A DNA stretch of 64,000 nt from Spirochaetota bacterium (GTDB lineage Bacteria > Spirochaetota > UBA4802 > UBA5550): positions 4,160,001-4,224,000 of the forward strand of contig CAXXHB010000003.1 of NCBI GenBank assembly GCA_963664815.2, read 5' to 3'. Position 1 is the first letter of the stretch. Each line of letters starts with the position of its first letter. The notes beneath the pieces are model-generated. The model was given only the letters and a program-made list of their open reading frames with translations. It had not been told where the DNA came from and ran no database searches. Shown one piece after another: positions 21,207 through 29,369 of the stretch. The position numbers and the translations under genes are program-made.

Positions 21207-21262
21207 AATTATCTTTCTAAATTGCGGTTGTTTTTATAATGCCGCTCAGGTAATTAAAGGGG

Positions 21263-21961
21263 TTGACAGTTATGTCACCCCTTTCTGATTTTAAGTATAT
21301 TTTACCTGATTTCTCAATAGAGAAAGATCTTTTTTCAAATGGATATAAAATAATTGCCGGAATTGATGAGGCTGGGAGAGGGGCTCTTGCAGGACCTCTT
21401 TCTCTCGGAATGGTTATTTATCCGGTTTCTATTTTTTCAGAAATACCGAAACCTATTTTTGAATCAATTGCTGATTCAAAAAAACTCACCGCAAAAAAAA
21501 GAGAAAGAGCCATCCTTGTAATTAAGGATTATTCACTTACTTCCTCATCAGCATTTATCTCTCATACCACAATTGACAGAACAAACATTAATATTGCAAC
21601 AGAAACAGGCATAAATAAACTCCTTGCAAAATCAGAAATTAAACCTGATGTTATTATTATGGACGGTAGTTTTAAATTCAAATTAAATATCCCATTCATG
21701 TCAGTAATTAAAGGTGACAACAGATCTATATCAATTGCTTCAGCATCTATAATTGCAAAAGTATCAAGAGACCAGCTAATGAATAAAATTGACCGTAAAT
21801 ATCCAGGATATGGATTTTGCAGTCATAAAGGTTATGGTACAAAATATCACATGACTATGCTGGCAGAAAAAGGTTTTTCTCCAATTCACCGGCAAACATA
21901 TGAACCTATAAAAAGTATAATTGAGAGTCAAAGATTACTATTCGATGAAAATAACAGGTAA
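21263..21961 (+). CDS. rnhB: Ribonuclease HII
   Basis: AGIDEAGRGALAGP, DSKKLT, KGD..SIASASIIAKV.RD, HKGYGT. Confidence 0.96.
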   Translation: MTVMSPLSDFKYILPDFSIEKDLFSNGYKIIAGIDEAGRGALAGPLSLGMVIYPVSIFSEIPKPIFESIADSKKLTAKKRERAILVIKDYSLTSSSAFISHTTIDRTNINIATETGINKLLAKSEIKPDVIIMDGSFKFKLNIPFMSVIKGDNRSISIASASIIAKVSRDQLMNKIDRKYPGYGFCSHKGYGTKYHMTMLAEKGFSPIHRQTYEPIKSIIESQRLLFDENNR

Positions 21962-22997
21962 CCAGGGAAATTTGATAAATTTATCTTCCGCAAAGGAACC
22001 AGATGCTTTAATAAAAAATATGAATCCTGGCGATTCAATAACAGCTTCTGTAATTCGCAGTGAAGGAAATAAAGCGTTACTTGATATTGGAGGCAGGATA
22101 ATTAAAGCTGATTTCACAAATGGAGTCCCGAAGGAAAACAGTTTAGTTCTTGTTCTCACTTCAAAAACTCATGAAAATATACAGTTTTCTCTTAAGGATA
22201 ATGATAATTCAGAAAAAATATTCAGAATATTATCCCCCTTCTCCATATTAAATGATGATGCGGCTAAAAATATTTCATTACAGAATTTAGGCAGATTCAT
22301 CAATAATTCCAAACCTGATATGATGGATATAAACCTGTTTCTATTGGGATTTAAAAAAGATGAGCAGAAAGGTAAAAGTAATACTTTACTTTTTAATCAT
22401 CTGTTGCAGAAAGGAATTTCATTTCAGACATTAATAGATCTGAGTTATATTATTTATAGTAAATATAATCCTGTTCTCTTTATGTCATACCAATTCATGC
22501 TTGCCATGGCTGGTAAAAAAGCGCTGGATTCCTTTAAAAAAAGTTCTCTTATGCTTGAAAATACCTTAGACCATCTCTGTAAAATTCTCAAAGACGACAC
22601 TTCCTATTTTTCTCTAATGTTTGATCTCTTGTTTGACGAAACTAAAACCAGAGAGATATATGGAGAGATGGTTTTCCCGGATGATGGGTATTTTTCCAGT
22701 ATTGAATATATTTTAAACGGTAATTCGGTTTTTTTAAAATTTAATCTCTCGGCAACCGGCATTCTTGAAGTTCTTATTAAATCTGACTTTGAAACTGTAT
22801 TAATTAATTTTTTAACTGTAAAAGAAGATCTCATTCCCTATCTGAAAGAGAATGAAGGAGTTTTAAAAAACATGCTTAAACAAAATAGTGTAAAAAAAAG
22901 TGTTATCGGCTATTTTGACTCTAAAAAAATAGTTGAAAAAATAGAAATATGGAGTCTCGACTTTAATACAAAAAGCGAATTTAATATAAAAGCTTAA
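21945..22997 (+). CDS. Hypothetical protein, possibly with a FliK-like C-terminus
   Basis: Lies between rnhB and a FlhB-like gene; C-terminal FNLSATGILEVLI..VLINF and FNIKA terminus. Confidence 0.6.
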   Translation: MKITGNQGNLINLSSAKEPDALIKNMNPGDSITASVIRSEGNKALLDIGGRIIKADFTNGVPKENSLVLVLTSKTHENIQFSLKDNDNSEKIFRILSPFSILNDDAAKNISLQNLGRFINNSKPDMMDINLFLLGFKKDEQKGKSNTLLFNHLLQKGISFQTLIDLSYIIYSKYNPVLFMSYQFMLAMAGKKALDSFKKSSLMLENTLDHLCKILKDDTSYFSLMFDLLFDETKTREIYGEMVFPDDGYFSSIEYILNGNSVFLKFNLSATGILEVLIKSDFETVLINFLTVKEDLIPYLKENEGVLKNMLKQNSVKKSVIGYFDSKKIVEKIEIWSLDFNTKSEFNIKA

Positions 22998-23016
22998 ATT
23001 AACATAGTGAATATTT

Positions 23017-23295
23017 ATGAACAAGAGTGTAGCTCTGCAATATGATAAAGAAGCTCCCAGGATAATTGCCTCCGCAAGAGGTATACTGGCTGATAAAATG
23101 ATAAAAATTGCGATGGAAAAAGAAATTACTATTTACAAGGATGAAAACCTTGTCGAAATATTATCGAAATTTGAAGCGGGTGAAGTGATTCCGGAAACTC
23201 TGTTTGGAGCTGTATCAGCTGTAATGGCATACTGTTATCGTGTTAATTCTGACTTCAGACAGAAATTAAATAGTTCAGGATTATTGAATGGCTGA
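23017..23295 (+). CDS. FlhB C-terminal domain-like protein (EscU/YscU family, YlqH-like)
   Basis: SVALQYD..APRIIASARGILADKMIKIA..I..D..LVEIL..IPETLFGAVSAVMAY. Confidence 0.88.
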   Translation: MNKSVALQYDKEAPRIIASARGILADKMIKIAMEKEITIYKDENLVEILSKFEAGEVIPETLFGAVSAVMAYCYRVNSDFRQKLNSSGLLNG

Positions 23296-24469
23296 AATGA
23301 AGAAAATATCAGTTGAAGAACTGAAACCGGGAATGGTTTTCAGTAAAACTGTCTATATAGATAGCGAAAATGTTCTGCTTGCACCTAGTGTTCCCCTGAA
23401 GGAAGAAGATATAAAAAAACTCATGAAATGGGGGGTAACAATTGTAGAAACGGCTGGTGATCTGATTCAGCCCGGTTCGGATATTGGAGCAAACGCATCT
23501 CTTAAAAGCGGACAGGTTCTTGAAAGATACGAGCAGCTCCTGACTATGAGAAAAAGGCTTATTGAAATTCACGGTAACGCCTGTTTCCTTATTGAACAGG
23601 TTTATACTGCTATAAGGAAGGATCACTCCATTGAGCTCCCGGCAGTACAGAAAACTGTAAATGATATTATTGGTCTGCTGAAAGAAAACAGCAATGTTTT
23701 TCTTTTTCTTAACGGTTTTGACGATGTTGAAAGAAACTATCTTGTTACACATTCCGTCAACGTTACCTTTTACAGCCTTATCATTGGCCAGGCAATGAAT
23801 TATAACGAGAAACAGATGCTTGAACTTGGAACAGGTACAATCCTTATTGATGCCGGGATGACAAAGGTTCCAGTTTATATAGTGCATAAGCAGTCAAATC
23901 TTACTGACAGTGAATATCAGATGATAAAAGCTCACCCTGTTCATGGATATAAATCACTCCGAAGTTATCCTGATGTTAATGACAGAATAGCCAATATATC
24001 TCTTCAGCATCATGAACAGTTTGACGGAAAAGGTTATCCCAGAGGTTTAAAAGGAAAAGAGATTGATGAATACGCCCGAATTGCGTCTATAGCAGACAGT
24101 TACGAATCCCAGATATCAAACAGAAGCTACAGGGAAAAAGTCGGAGCATATCATGCGATGAAGAATCTCCTTGCAAGTGGTGTTAATAAGTTTGACCCTG
24201 AAATATTGAAAATATTTTTATCACGAATGTCCGTATATCCCATAGGTTCACTGGTTGAATTAAATGATCAGACTACCGGGCTTGTAATAGGCTCCATAAC
24301 TGAAAAGCCTCTGAGACCGATCATCAGACTGGTTTTCAATTCCAAACATGAGAAGATTGCCGATACGCAGATTATAAACCTGCTTGAAGATACAACAAAG
24401 TATATAACTAAAGTCCTCAATGAAAAAGAAGCGGGGATAAACCTTTTTGATGTTCTCTGGGGTTACTAG
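23288..24469 (+). CDS. HD-GYP domain protein (HD dyad altered to ID)
   Basis: HSVNV, ILIDAGMTK, HPVHG, QHHEQFDGKGYPRGLKG, IADSYE, FDPEI, YPIGSLVEL. Confidence 0.9.
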   Translation: MAEMKKISVEELKPGMVFSKTVYIDSENVLLAPSVPLKEEDIKKLMKWGVTIVETAGDLIQPGSDIGANASLKSGQVLERYEQLLTMRKRLIEIHGNACFLIEQVYTAIRKDHSIELPAVQKTVNDIIGLLKENSNVFLFLNGFDDVERNYLVTHSVNVTFYSLIIGQAMNYNEKQMLELGTGTILIDAGMTKVPVYIVHKQSNLTDSEYQMIKAHPVHGYKSLRSYPDVNDRIANISLQHHEQFDGKGYPRGLKGKEIDEYARIASIADSYESQISNRSYREKVGAYHAMKNLLASGVNKFDPEILKIFLSRMSVYPIGSLVELNDQTTGLVIGSITEKPLRPIIRLVFNSKHEKIADTQIINLLEDTTKYITKVLNEKEAGINLFDVLWGY

Positions 24470-24831
24470 TGCCTCAGGGTTACAGGAAGGTTTTAGGTGC
24501 CGGAGGTGAATCTGCCGCCTGTGGATTCCTTGAATCTCAAGGTTTTTTAATAATTGATAAAAATTTTTATGCCGGTCGAAGTGGTGAAATTGATCTGATT
24601 GCCACAAAGGATAAACTCCTTATTTTTGTTGAGGTTAAAGCAAGGAATTCTGATGTGTTTGGCGGCGGTATTTATTCTATAACTGAAAGCAAGAAAAAAA
24701 AACTCAGAACATCCGCGAAGTATTATCTTTTAAAAAATCCGGAATATAATTCGCCAGAATATAATATCCGGTTCGACCTTATTATTGTTAACAACAGTAA
24801 AATTGAGTGGATTGATGATATAATACGATAA
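24469..24831 (+). CDS. yraN: YraN family (UPF0102) protein
   Basis: G..GE..ACGFL..GF.II.KN, GEIDLIA, FVEVKAR, RFDLI. Confidence 0.92.
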   Translation: MPQGYRKVLGAGGESAACGFLESQGFLIIDKNFYAGRSGEIDLIATKDKLLIFVEVKARNSDVFGGGIYSITESKKKKLRTSAKYYLLKNPEYNSPEYNIRFDLIIVNNSKIEWIDDIIR

Positions 24832-24832
24832 T

Positions 24833-25282
24833 TTAAAGAATCTTACTGCTATCAAGTATAATAGTTACCGGGCCTGAATTTACGATGGATATTTCCATAT
24901 CTGCACCAAAAATTCCACATTTGAATGAACTGAAACTCTCCCTGAATTGTTTTATGAAAGTATCATAAAACAATTCAGCTTCAGCAGATGGCATAGATGT
25001 GGAAAAAGAGGGTCTTTTCCCCCTTCTTGTATCGCCATAAAGAGTAAACTGTGAAACTACAAGGATTTCAGCACCAGCATCAGAAACTGACAGATTCATC
25101 AATCTTTCACTATCCTCAAAAATTCGAAGTCCTATACTTTTACTGATAATATAGTCTGAATCAGCAATAGAATCATTTTTATGAAATCCCACGAAAATAA
25201 GCAAACCTCTTCCTATTGATGAAACAGTATCTCCATCAACCGATACTGAGGCTCTGCTGACTCTTTGTATTACCGCTCTCAC
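24833..25282 (-). CDS. dtd: D-aminoacyl-tRNA deacylase
   Basis: MRAVIQRV, VSQFTLYGD, GKRPSF, FGADM, NSGPVT. Confidence 0.97.
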   Translation of the reverse strand: MRAVIQRVSRASVSVDGDTVSSIGRGLLIFVGFHKNDSIADSDYIISKSIGLRIFEDSERLMNLSVSDAGAEILVVSQFTLYGDTRRGKRPSFSTSMPSAEAELFYDTFIKQFRESFSSFKCGIFGADMEISIVNSGPVTIILDSSKIL

Positions 25283-25285
25283 GAA

Positions 25286-25600
25286 TTAACTTAACTTTAG
25301 CTTGAGGATATTTTCCGGCTGTACTCCAACAAATCTTTCAACCTCATTACCATTTTCAAAAAGAATGAGTGTGGGAATTGAAACAATGCCATATTGTTGC
25401 GCAATAGAACTGTTTTCATCAGTATTAAGTTTTACTATTTTCGCTTTTATCTCCCCTGCCGAGGCCAGCTTTTCAAGAATGGGAGTCTGCATTCTACATG
25501 GACCACACCATGGCGCCCAGAAATCAACGAGTACCTTCCCTGATGCCTTTATAACCTCTTTATCAAAACTCTCTGTAGTTGCTTCTGGTAAACTTGCCAT
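25286..25600 (-). CDS. trxA: Thioredoxin
   Basis: VDFWAPWCGPCR, SIPTL; ATG at 25600 after GGAGG. Confidence 0.96.
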   Translation of the reverse strand: MASLPEATTESFDKEVIKASGKVLVDFWAPWCGPCRMQTPILEKLASAGEIKAKIVKLNTDENSSIAQQYGIVSIPTLILFENGNEVERFVGVQPENILKLKLS

Positions 25601-25893
25601 ATAAACCTCCTGTAGTATTATTTCATTTTTAGTTGAAAATGATATTAAAGACAACCTTTTTTTAACCAGCATTTTAAATAGCAATAAATAATTAATAACA
25701 TGTTATTTAAGTAATATTTAATATACTTAATTACTTGTCACCTAAAACTTCTTTTTGTTTCAAATTTTCTCGGATTCAATAAAAAAATCGAACCGATTGT
25801 GATTGTTTTTTAATTATAAAGTGCCGAGTTATTCATAATAACAATTCTTTTCCAAAGGATAACAGAAAAAATCAATCATAGAAAACAGGCAAT

Positions 25894-27459
25894 TTATCTG
25901 TTCCTTATAATTGCATCAGCACACCTGATACCATCAACGGCAGAGCTTACAATTCCCCCTGCATAACCGGCACCCTCACCAGCCGGGTACAGCCCTTTTA
26001 CAGATATAGACTGCAAACTATTATCTCTTGTGATTCTAACAGGTGAAGATGTCCTTGTCTCGGCTCCGATAAGAACTCCCTTGGATGAAATGAATCCCGG
26101 CATTTTTTTATTAAAAAAAACCAAAGCGATACGTATCTCTTCAGTAATCCATCCGGGAAGAAAATTTTCAAGCCGTGTTGGAGTTACTCCGTTTTTATAT
26201 GATGTCTCTTTAATACTTTTATCAAGTTTATCCCGGAGAAAAGAGTTAATTGACTGAGCTGGTGCTTTAAATCCTCCTCCTCCTGATAAATAAGCGTTTC
26301 TCTCAATTTCACGCTGAAAGTATATTCCGGAAATAGGGTTATCTTCCAAATCATCTTTTTTTACTGTTACAACTATCGCTGAATTTGAATATTTTTGATT
26401 TCTTCCTGATAGACTCATACCGTTTACACAAAGTTCACCTTCCTGCGATGATGAGTTTATCACTGAACCGCCAGGACACATGCAGAAGGAGTATACTCCG
26501 CGTCCCGTGAAGTCATTGTTATAGGCAAGTGAATACTCAGCGGCTGGAAGACGTTTTATATGCGGGCTTTTTCCATACTGAATTTTATTTATTTCATCTT
26601 TTGTATGTTCTACTCTTACACCTACTGCAAATCCCTTTTTTTCCAGAGCAATCTCTTTCTGCTTAAGAAGTTCATATATATCACGAGATGAATGGCCGGA
26701 TGCTAATATCACATTTTTTGCGAAAAATTCATTCCCGGAAGATGTAGTAACTCCGGTAATTTTTCCATCTTTTACAAACAGATCTTTTACTCTCTCCCTG
26801 AATTTTATTTCTGAACCTGAGGCGATTATAGATCTTCGTATATTTTTTATAATTTCCTGGAGTCGATCCGTACCTATATGAGGTTTTGATTCATAGGTAA
26901 TGGCTGCTGGTGCACCGTTTTCGATAAGCTTTTTATAGAACCAGAGAATTTCTGGCCTGTTTATTCTTGTTGTCAGTTTACCATCTGAGTATGTTCCAGC
27001 ACCACCCTCGCCAAAAAGTGTATTACTCTCTGAATTGAGTATTCCATCCTTTTCAAGGGCTTCAATATCCTTCATTCTTTCTTCAACAGGTTTCCCCCGT
27101 TCAAGAACAATCACATGGGCACCCGATTCAATCAATCGGAGTGCTGCGAAAAGCCCGGCAGGACCGGCCCCTACTATTATTATGTTTTCAGAAAAGTCCC
27201 GTTTAATTGTCTCGGCAACAACAGCCGGACTATATTCTTCAATATCATCATATCTTAAAAGTTCATAAGCAGAAGTTCTTTCAACTTCTACCAGTACTTT
27301 AAAGTTATAGTGAATATCATTTTTATTTCTTGCATCAAGCGATCTCTTAAGTATTATGAAAGAGTCTATCTCCAGATTATACTTTGAATTAATGAAGGGA
27401 ATTATTTCATTTTCAGACTGTGTGGGATTAAGTCTGATGTTGCTTATTTGAAGATTCAT
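25894..27459 (-). CDS. Uncharacterised FAD-dependent oxidoreductase (COG2509-like)
   Basis: IVGAGPAGLFAA, GEGGAGTYSDGKL, PHIGTD, FCMCPGG, ETRTSSPVRI, GEGAGYAGGI. Confidence 0.9.
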   Translation of the reverse strand: MNLQISNIRLNPTQSENEIIPFINSKYNLEIDSFIILKRSLDARNKNDIHYNFKVLVEVERTSAYELLRYDDIEEYSPAVVAETIKRDFSENIIIVGAGPAGLFAALRLIESGAHVIVLERGKPVEERMKDIEALEKDGILNSESNTLFGEGGAGTYSDGKLTTRINRPEILWFYKKLIENGAPAAITYESKPHIGTDRLQEIIKNIRRSIIASGSEIKFRERVKDLFVKDGKITGVTTSSGNEFFAKNVILASGHSSRDIYELLKQKEIALEKKGFAVGVRVEHTKDEINKIQYGKSPHIKRLPAAEYSLAYNNDFTGRGVYSFCMCPGGSVINSSSQEGELCVNGMSLSGRNQKYSNSAIVVTVKKDDLEDNPISGIYFQREIERNAYLSGGGGFKAPAQSINSFLRDKLDKSIKETSYKNGVTPTRLENFLPGWITEEIRIALVFFNKKMPGFISSKGVLIGAETRTSSPVRITRDNSLQSISVKGLYPAGEGAGYAGGIVSSAVDGIRCADAIIRNR

Positions 27460-27461
27460 TT

Positions 27462-27752
27462 TCAGGCTAGCGCATCAAAGAACGAGCCAGGCTTAATAAA
27501 AGATTTTCGGTCATCTGTTTTACCATAAGAATCATATTCCTTTTCAGAATTAAACATCATTCCTATTAATTTTTCTTTCTCAGCCATTGTTGGTTTATAA
27601 TAAACAGGTTCTCCATCATGCGGGCCGGTATTCTTTACCTTCTGAACTTTCCCTTCATGATAGTTAGGCCAGATATAATTTTTCCCTGATACCGGTGAAT
27701 TTGCACCTGTTCTGCTTAAATTAATTTCTGATATACCTGAAGAAATATTCAT
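27462..27752 (-). CDS. Small hypothetical protein, probably sigma28-regulated
   Basis: 96 aa from ATG 27752; ends KPGSFFDALA; 2 nt upstream of the oxidoreductase start. Confidence 0.65.
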   Translation of the reverse strand: MNISSGISEINLSRTGANSPVSGKNYIWPNYHEGKVQKVKNTGPHDGEPVYYKPTMAEKEKLIGMMFNSEKEYDSYGKTDDRKSFIKPGSFFDALA

Positions 27753-27759
27753 ATATAAA

Positions 27760-27787
27760 CAATCGGCAGGTCTGATGTAAATCTTTA
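27760..27787 (-). promoter_or_regulatory. Putative sigma28 (FliA) promoter
   Basis: Minus strand TAAA-N16-GCCGATTG versus consensus TAAA-N15/16-GCCGATAA. Confidence 0.6.
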
Positions 27788-27851
27788 ACAATGTATAAAA
27801 AAATTAAATGCTTTCCAATAAGAATATATACCCAATACAAGACTTATTTTA

Positions 27852-27880
27852 TTGACACATGCCAAGTATTAAAATATATT
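27852..27880 (+). promoter_or_regulatory. Putative sigma70 promoter of the lipoprotein-radical SAM pair
   Basis: TTGACA, 17 nt spacer, TATATT. Confidence 0.65.
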
Positions 27881-27970
27881 ATTATTCAACAATTATTTTT
27901 AACGTAAATATTACATTTTATCACTGAAGAGAACTGTAAAAACTTATAGTATTTAAAAAGGAGCTCTTTT

Positions 27971-28159
27971 ATGAAAATTAAATATTTCCTGCTCTGGATT
28001 TTATGCGGTTCAGCCAGTTTCATCCTTACTGCATGTTACGGTGGTCCTGTTCGAATTAAGCCTGAACAGCATTTTATTAAAATAAATAATGATACCATTA
28101 AAGGTCTTGACTATCAGGCATTTGAAAATAATAATAAATCTATTAAAGATTGTCTTTAA
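27971..28159 (+). CDS. Short putative lipoprotein associated with a radical SAM enzyme
   Basis: AGGGAG RBS; signal peptide with lipobox LTAC followed by YGGP; directly upstream of the rSAM gene. Confidence 0.75.
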   Translation: MKIKYFLLWILCGSASFILTACYGGPVRIKPEQHFIKINNDTIKGLDYQAFENNNKSIKDCL

Positions 28160-29241
28160 CATCTTCTTTCAATATGATTGACTATTTCCTGCAAAAAATT
28201 CACAGGCTCTATAAATATCTTGAAACACGGGATCATGAACTTCGTTATCTCTTTCTTGAAATAACAAAACGCTGCAACCTTAGATGCCGGCATTGCGGAT
28301 CGGACTGCTGTTCTTCGATATCCGCTAAAGAACTGACGACAGACAGTTGGCTTAAAATCATTGATTATGTAAAAGATACATTCGGTCAAAACGTTGCATT
28401 TATTATTACAGGCGGTGAACCTCTTATCCATCCGGAACTTGAGAGGATAGGGAAACATATAACTATGAACAACATGCGGTGGGGTATAGTTACAAACGGG
28501 ATGTCTCTGACTGAAAAGAAGCTCGGCAATCTTATTGATATTGGTATTTACTCTGTTACTGTAAGCTACGACGGCAACAAAAAATCTCACAACTACCTCC
28601 GTGGTGTATATAACGCTCATGAGAGAGCGTCAGCCGCTGTAAGACTTATTGCCAAATCTTCAATAGAAATGAAGGATGTGGTAACATGTGTCTACCCACA
28701 GAATCTGGAAGAGCTTGATGAAATTGCAGATTTTTTTCTGCAGTACGGAATAACGGCATGGAGATTATTCCGTATTTTCCCGAATGGCCGTGCCGCTGAC
28801 AATCCTGAACTTCTAATGGATCATGAACAGACATGGAGAATGCTTAACTGGATAAGCGAGAAAAAAGATTACTACAAAAACAAAGGACTTTATATTAACG
28901 CAAGTTGTGAAGGATGGATCCCGTTTAATATTGACAGAAAGGTTCGTGATATGCCGTTTTTCTGCAGGGCCGGAATCAATATCGCAGCGATTTTATCTGA
29001 CGGGACAATTACAGGATGTACAAATAACCATACTGCATTCCATCAGGGATCAATTATTACAGAAAGCTTCTCTAATATATGGGAGAATAAATTTTCAGAC
29101 TATCGCACAAGAGAATGGATTAAAGATACTGGCTGTGCCAGATGTAAGTATATTAAAAATTGCCAGGGTGGATCATTACATTTATGGAAAAGCAAAACCA
29201 GAAATCCGGAATTCTGTTATATGAATAACATTCGGTTTTGA
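28150..29241 (+). CDS. Radical SAM/SPASM domain protein (rSAM/lipoprotein system-like)
   Basis: CNLRCRHC (CxxxCxxC), TGGEP, SPASM FCRAG..DG.ITGC..CARC..NCQGG; alternative ATG at 28174. Confidence 0.92.
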   Translation: MSLTSSFNMIDYFLQKIHRLYKYLETRDHELRYLFLEITKRCNLRCRHCGSDCCSSISAKELTTDSWLKIIDYVKDTFGQNVAFIITGGEPLIHPELERIGKHITMNNMRWGIVTNGMSLTEKKLGNLIDIGIYSVTVSYDGNKKSHNYLRGVYNAHERASAAVRLIAKSSIEMKDVVTCVYPQNLEELDEIADFFLQYGITAWRLFRIFPNGRAADNPELLMDHEQTWRMLNWISEKKDYYKNKGLYINASCEGWIPFNIDRKVRDMPFFCRAGINIAAILSDGTITGCTNNHTAFHQGSIITESFSNIWENKFSDYRTREWIKDTGCARCKYIKNCQGGSLHLWKSKTRNPEFCYMNNIRF

Positions 29242-29369
29242 TGAAATCTTATCTTCCTGTTCCTTGGATTAGTTTCACAGTTTACCTGATTTTAAATTAT
29301 TTCTTGACTATAGTAATCTGTTAAAAAAATACTGCAGACAAAATATCTTTAATTAACTACGGAGGGAAA

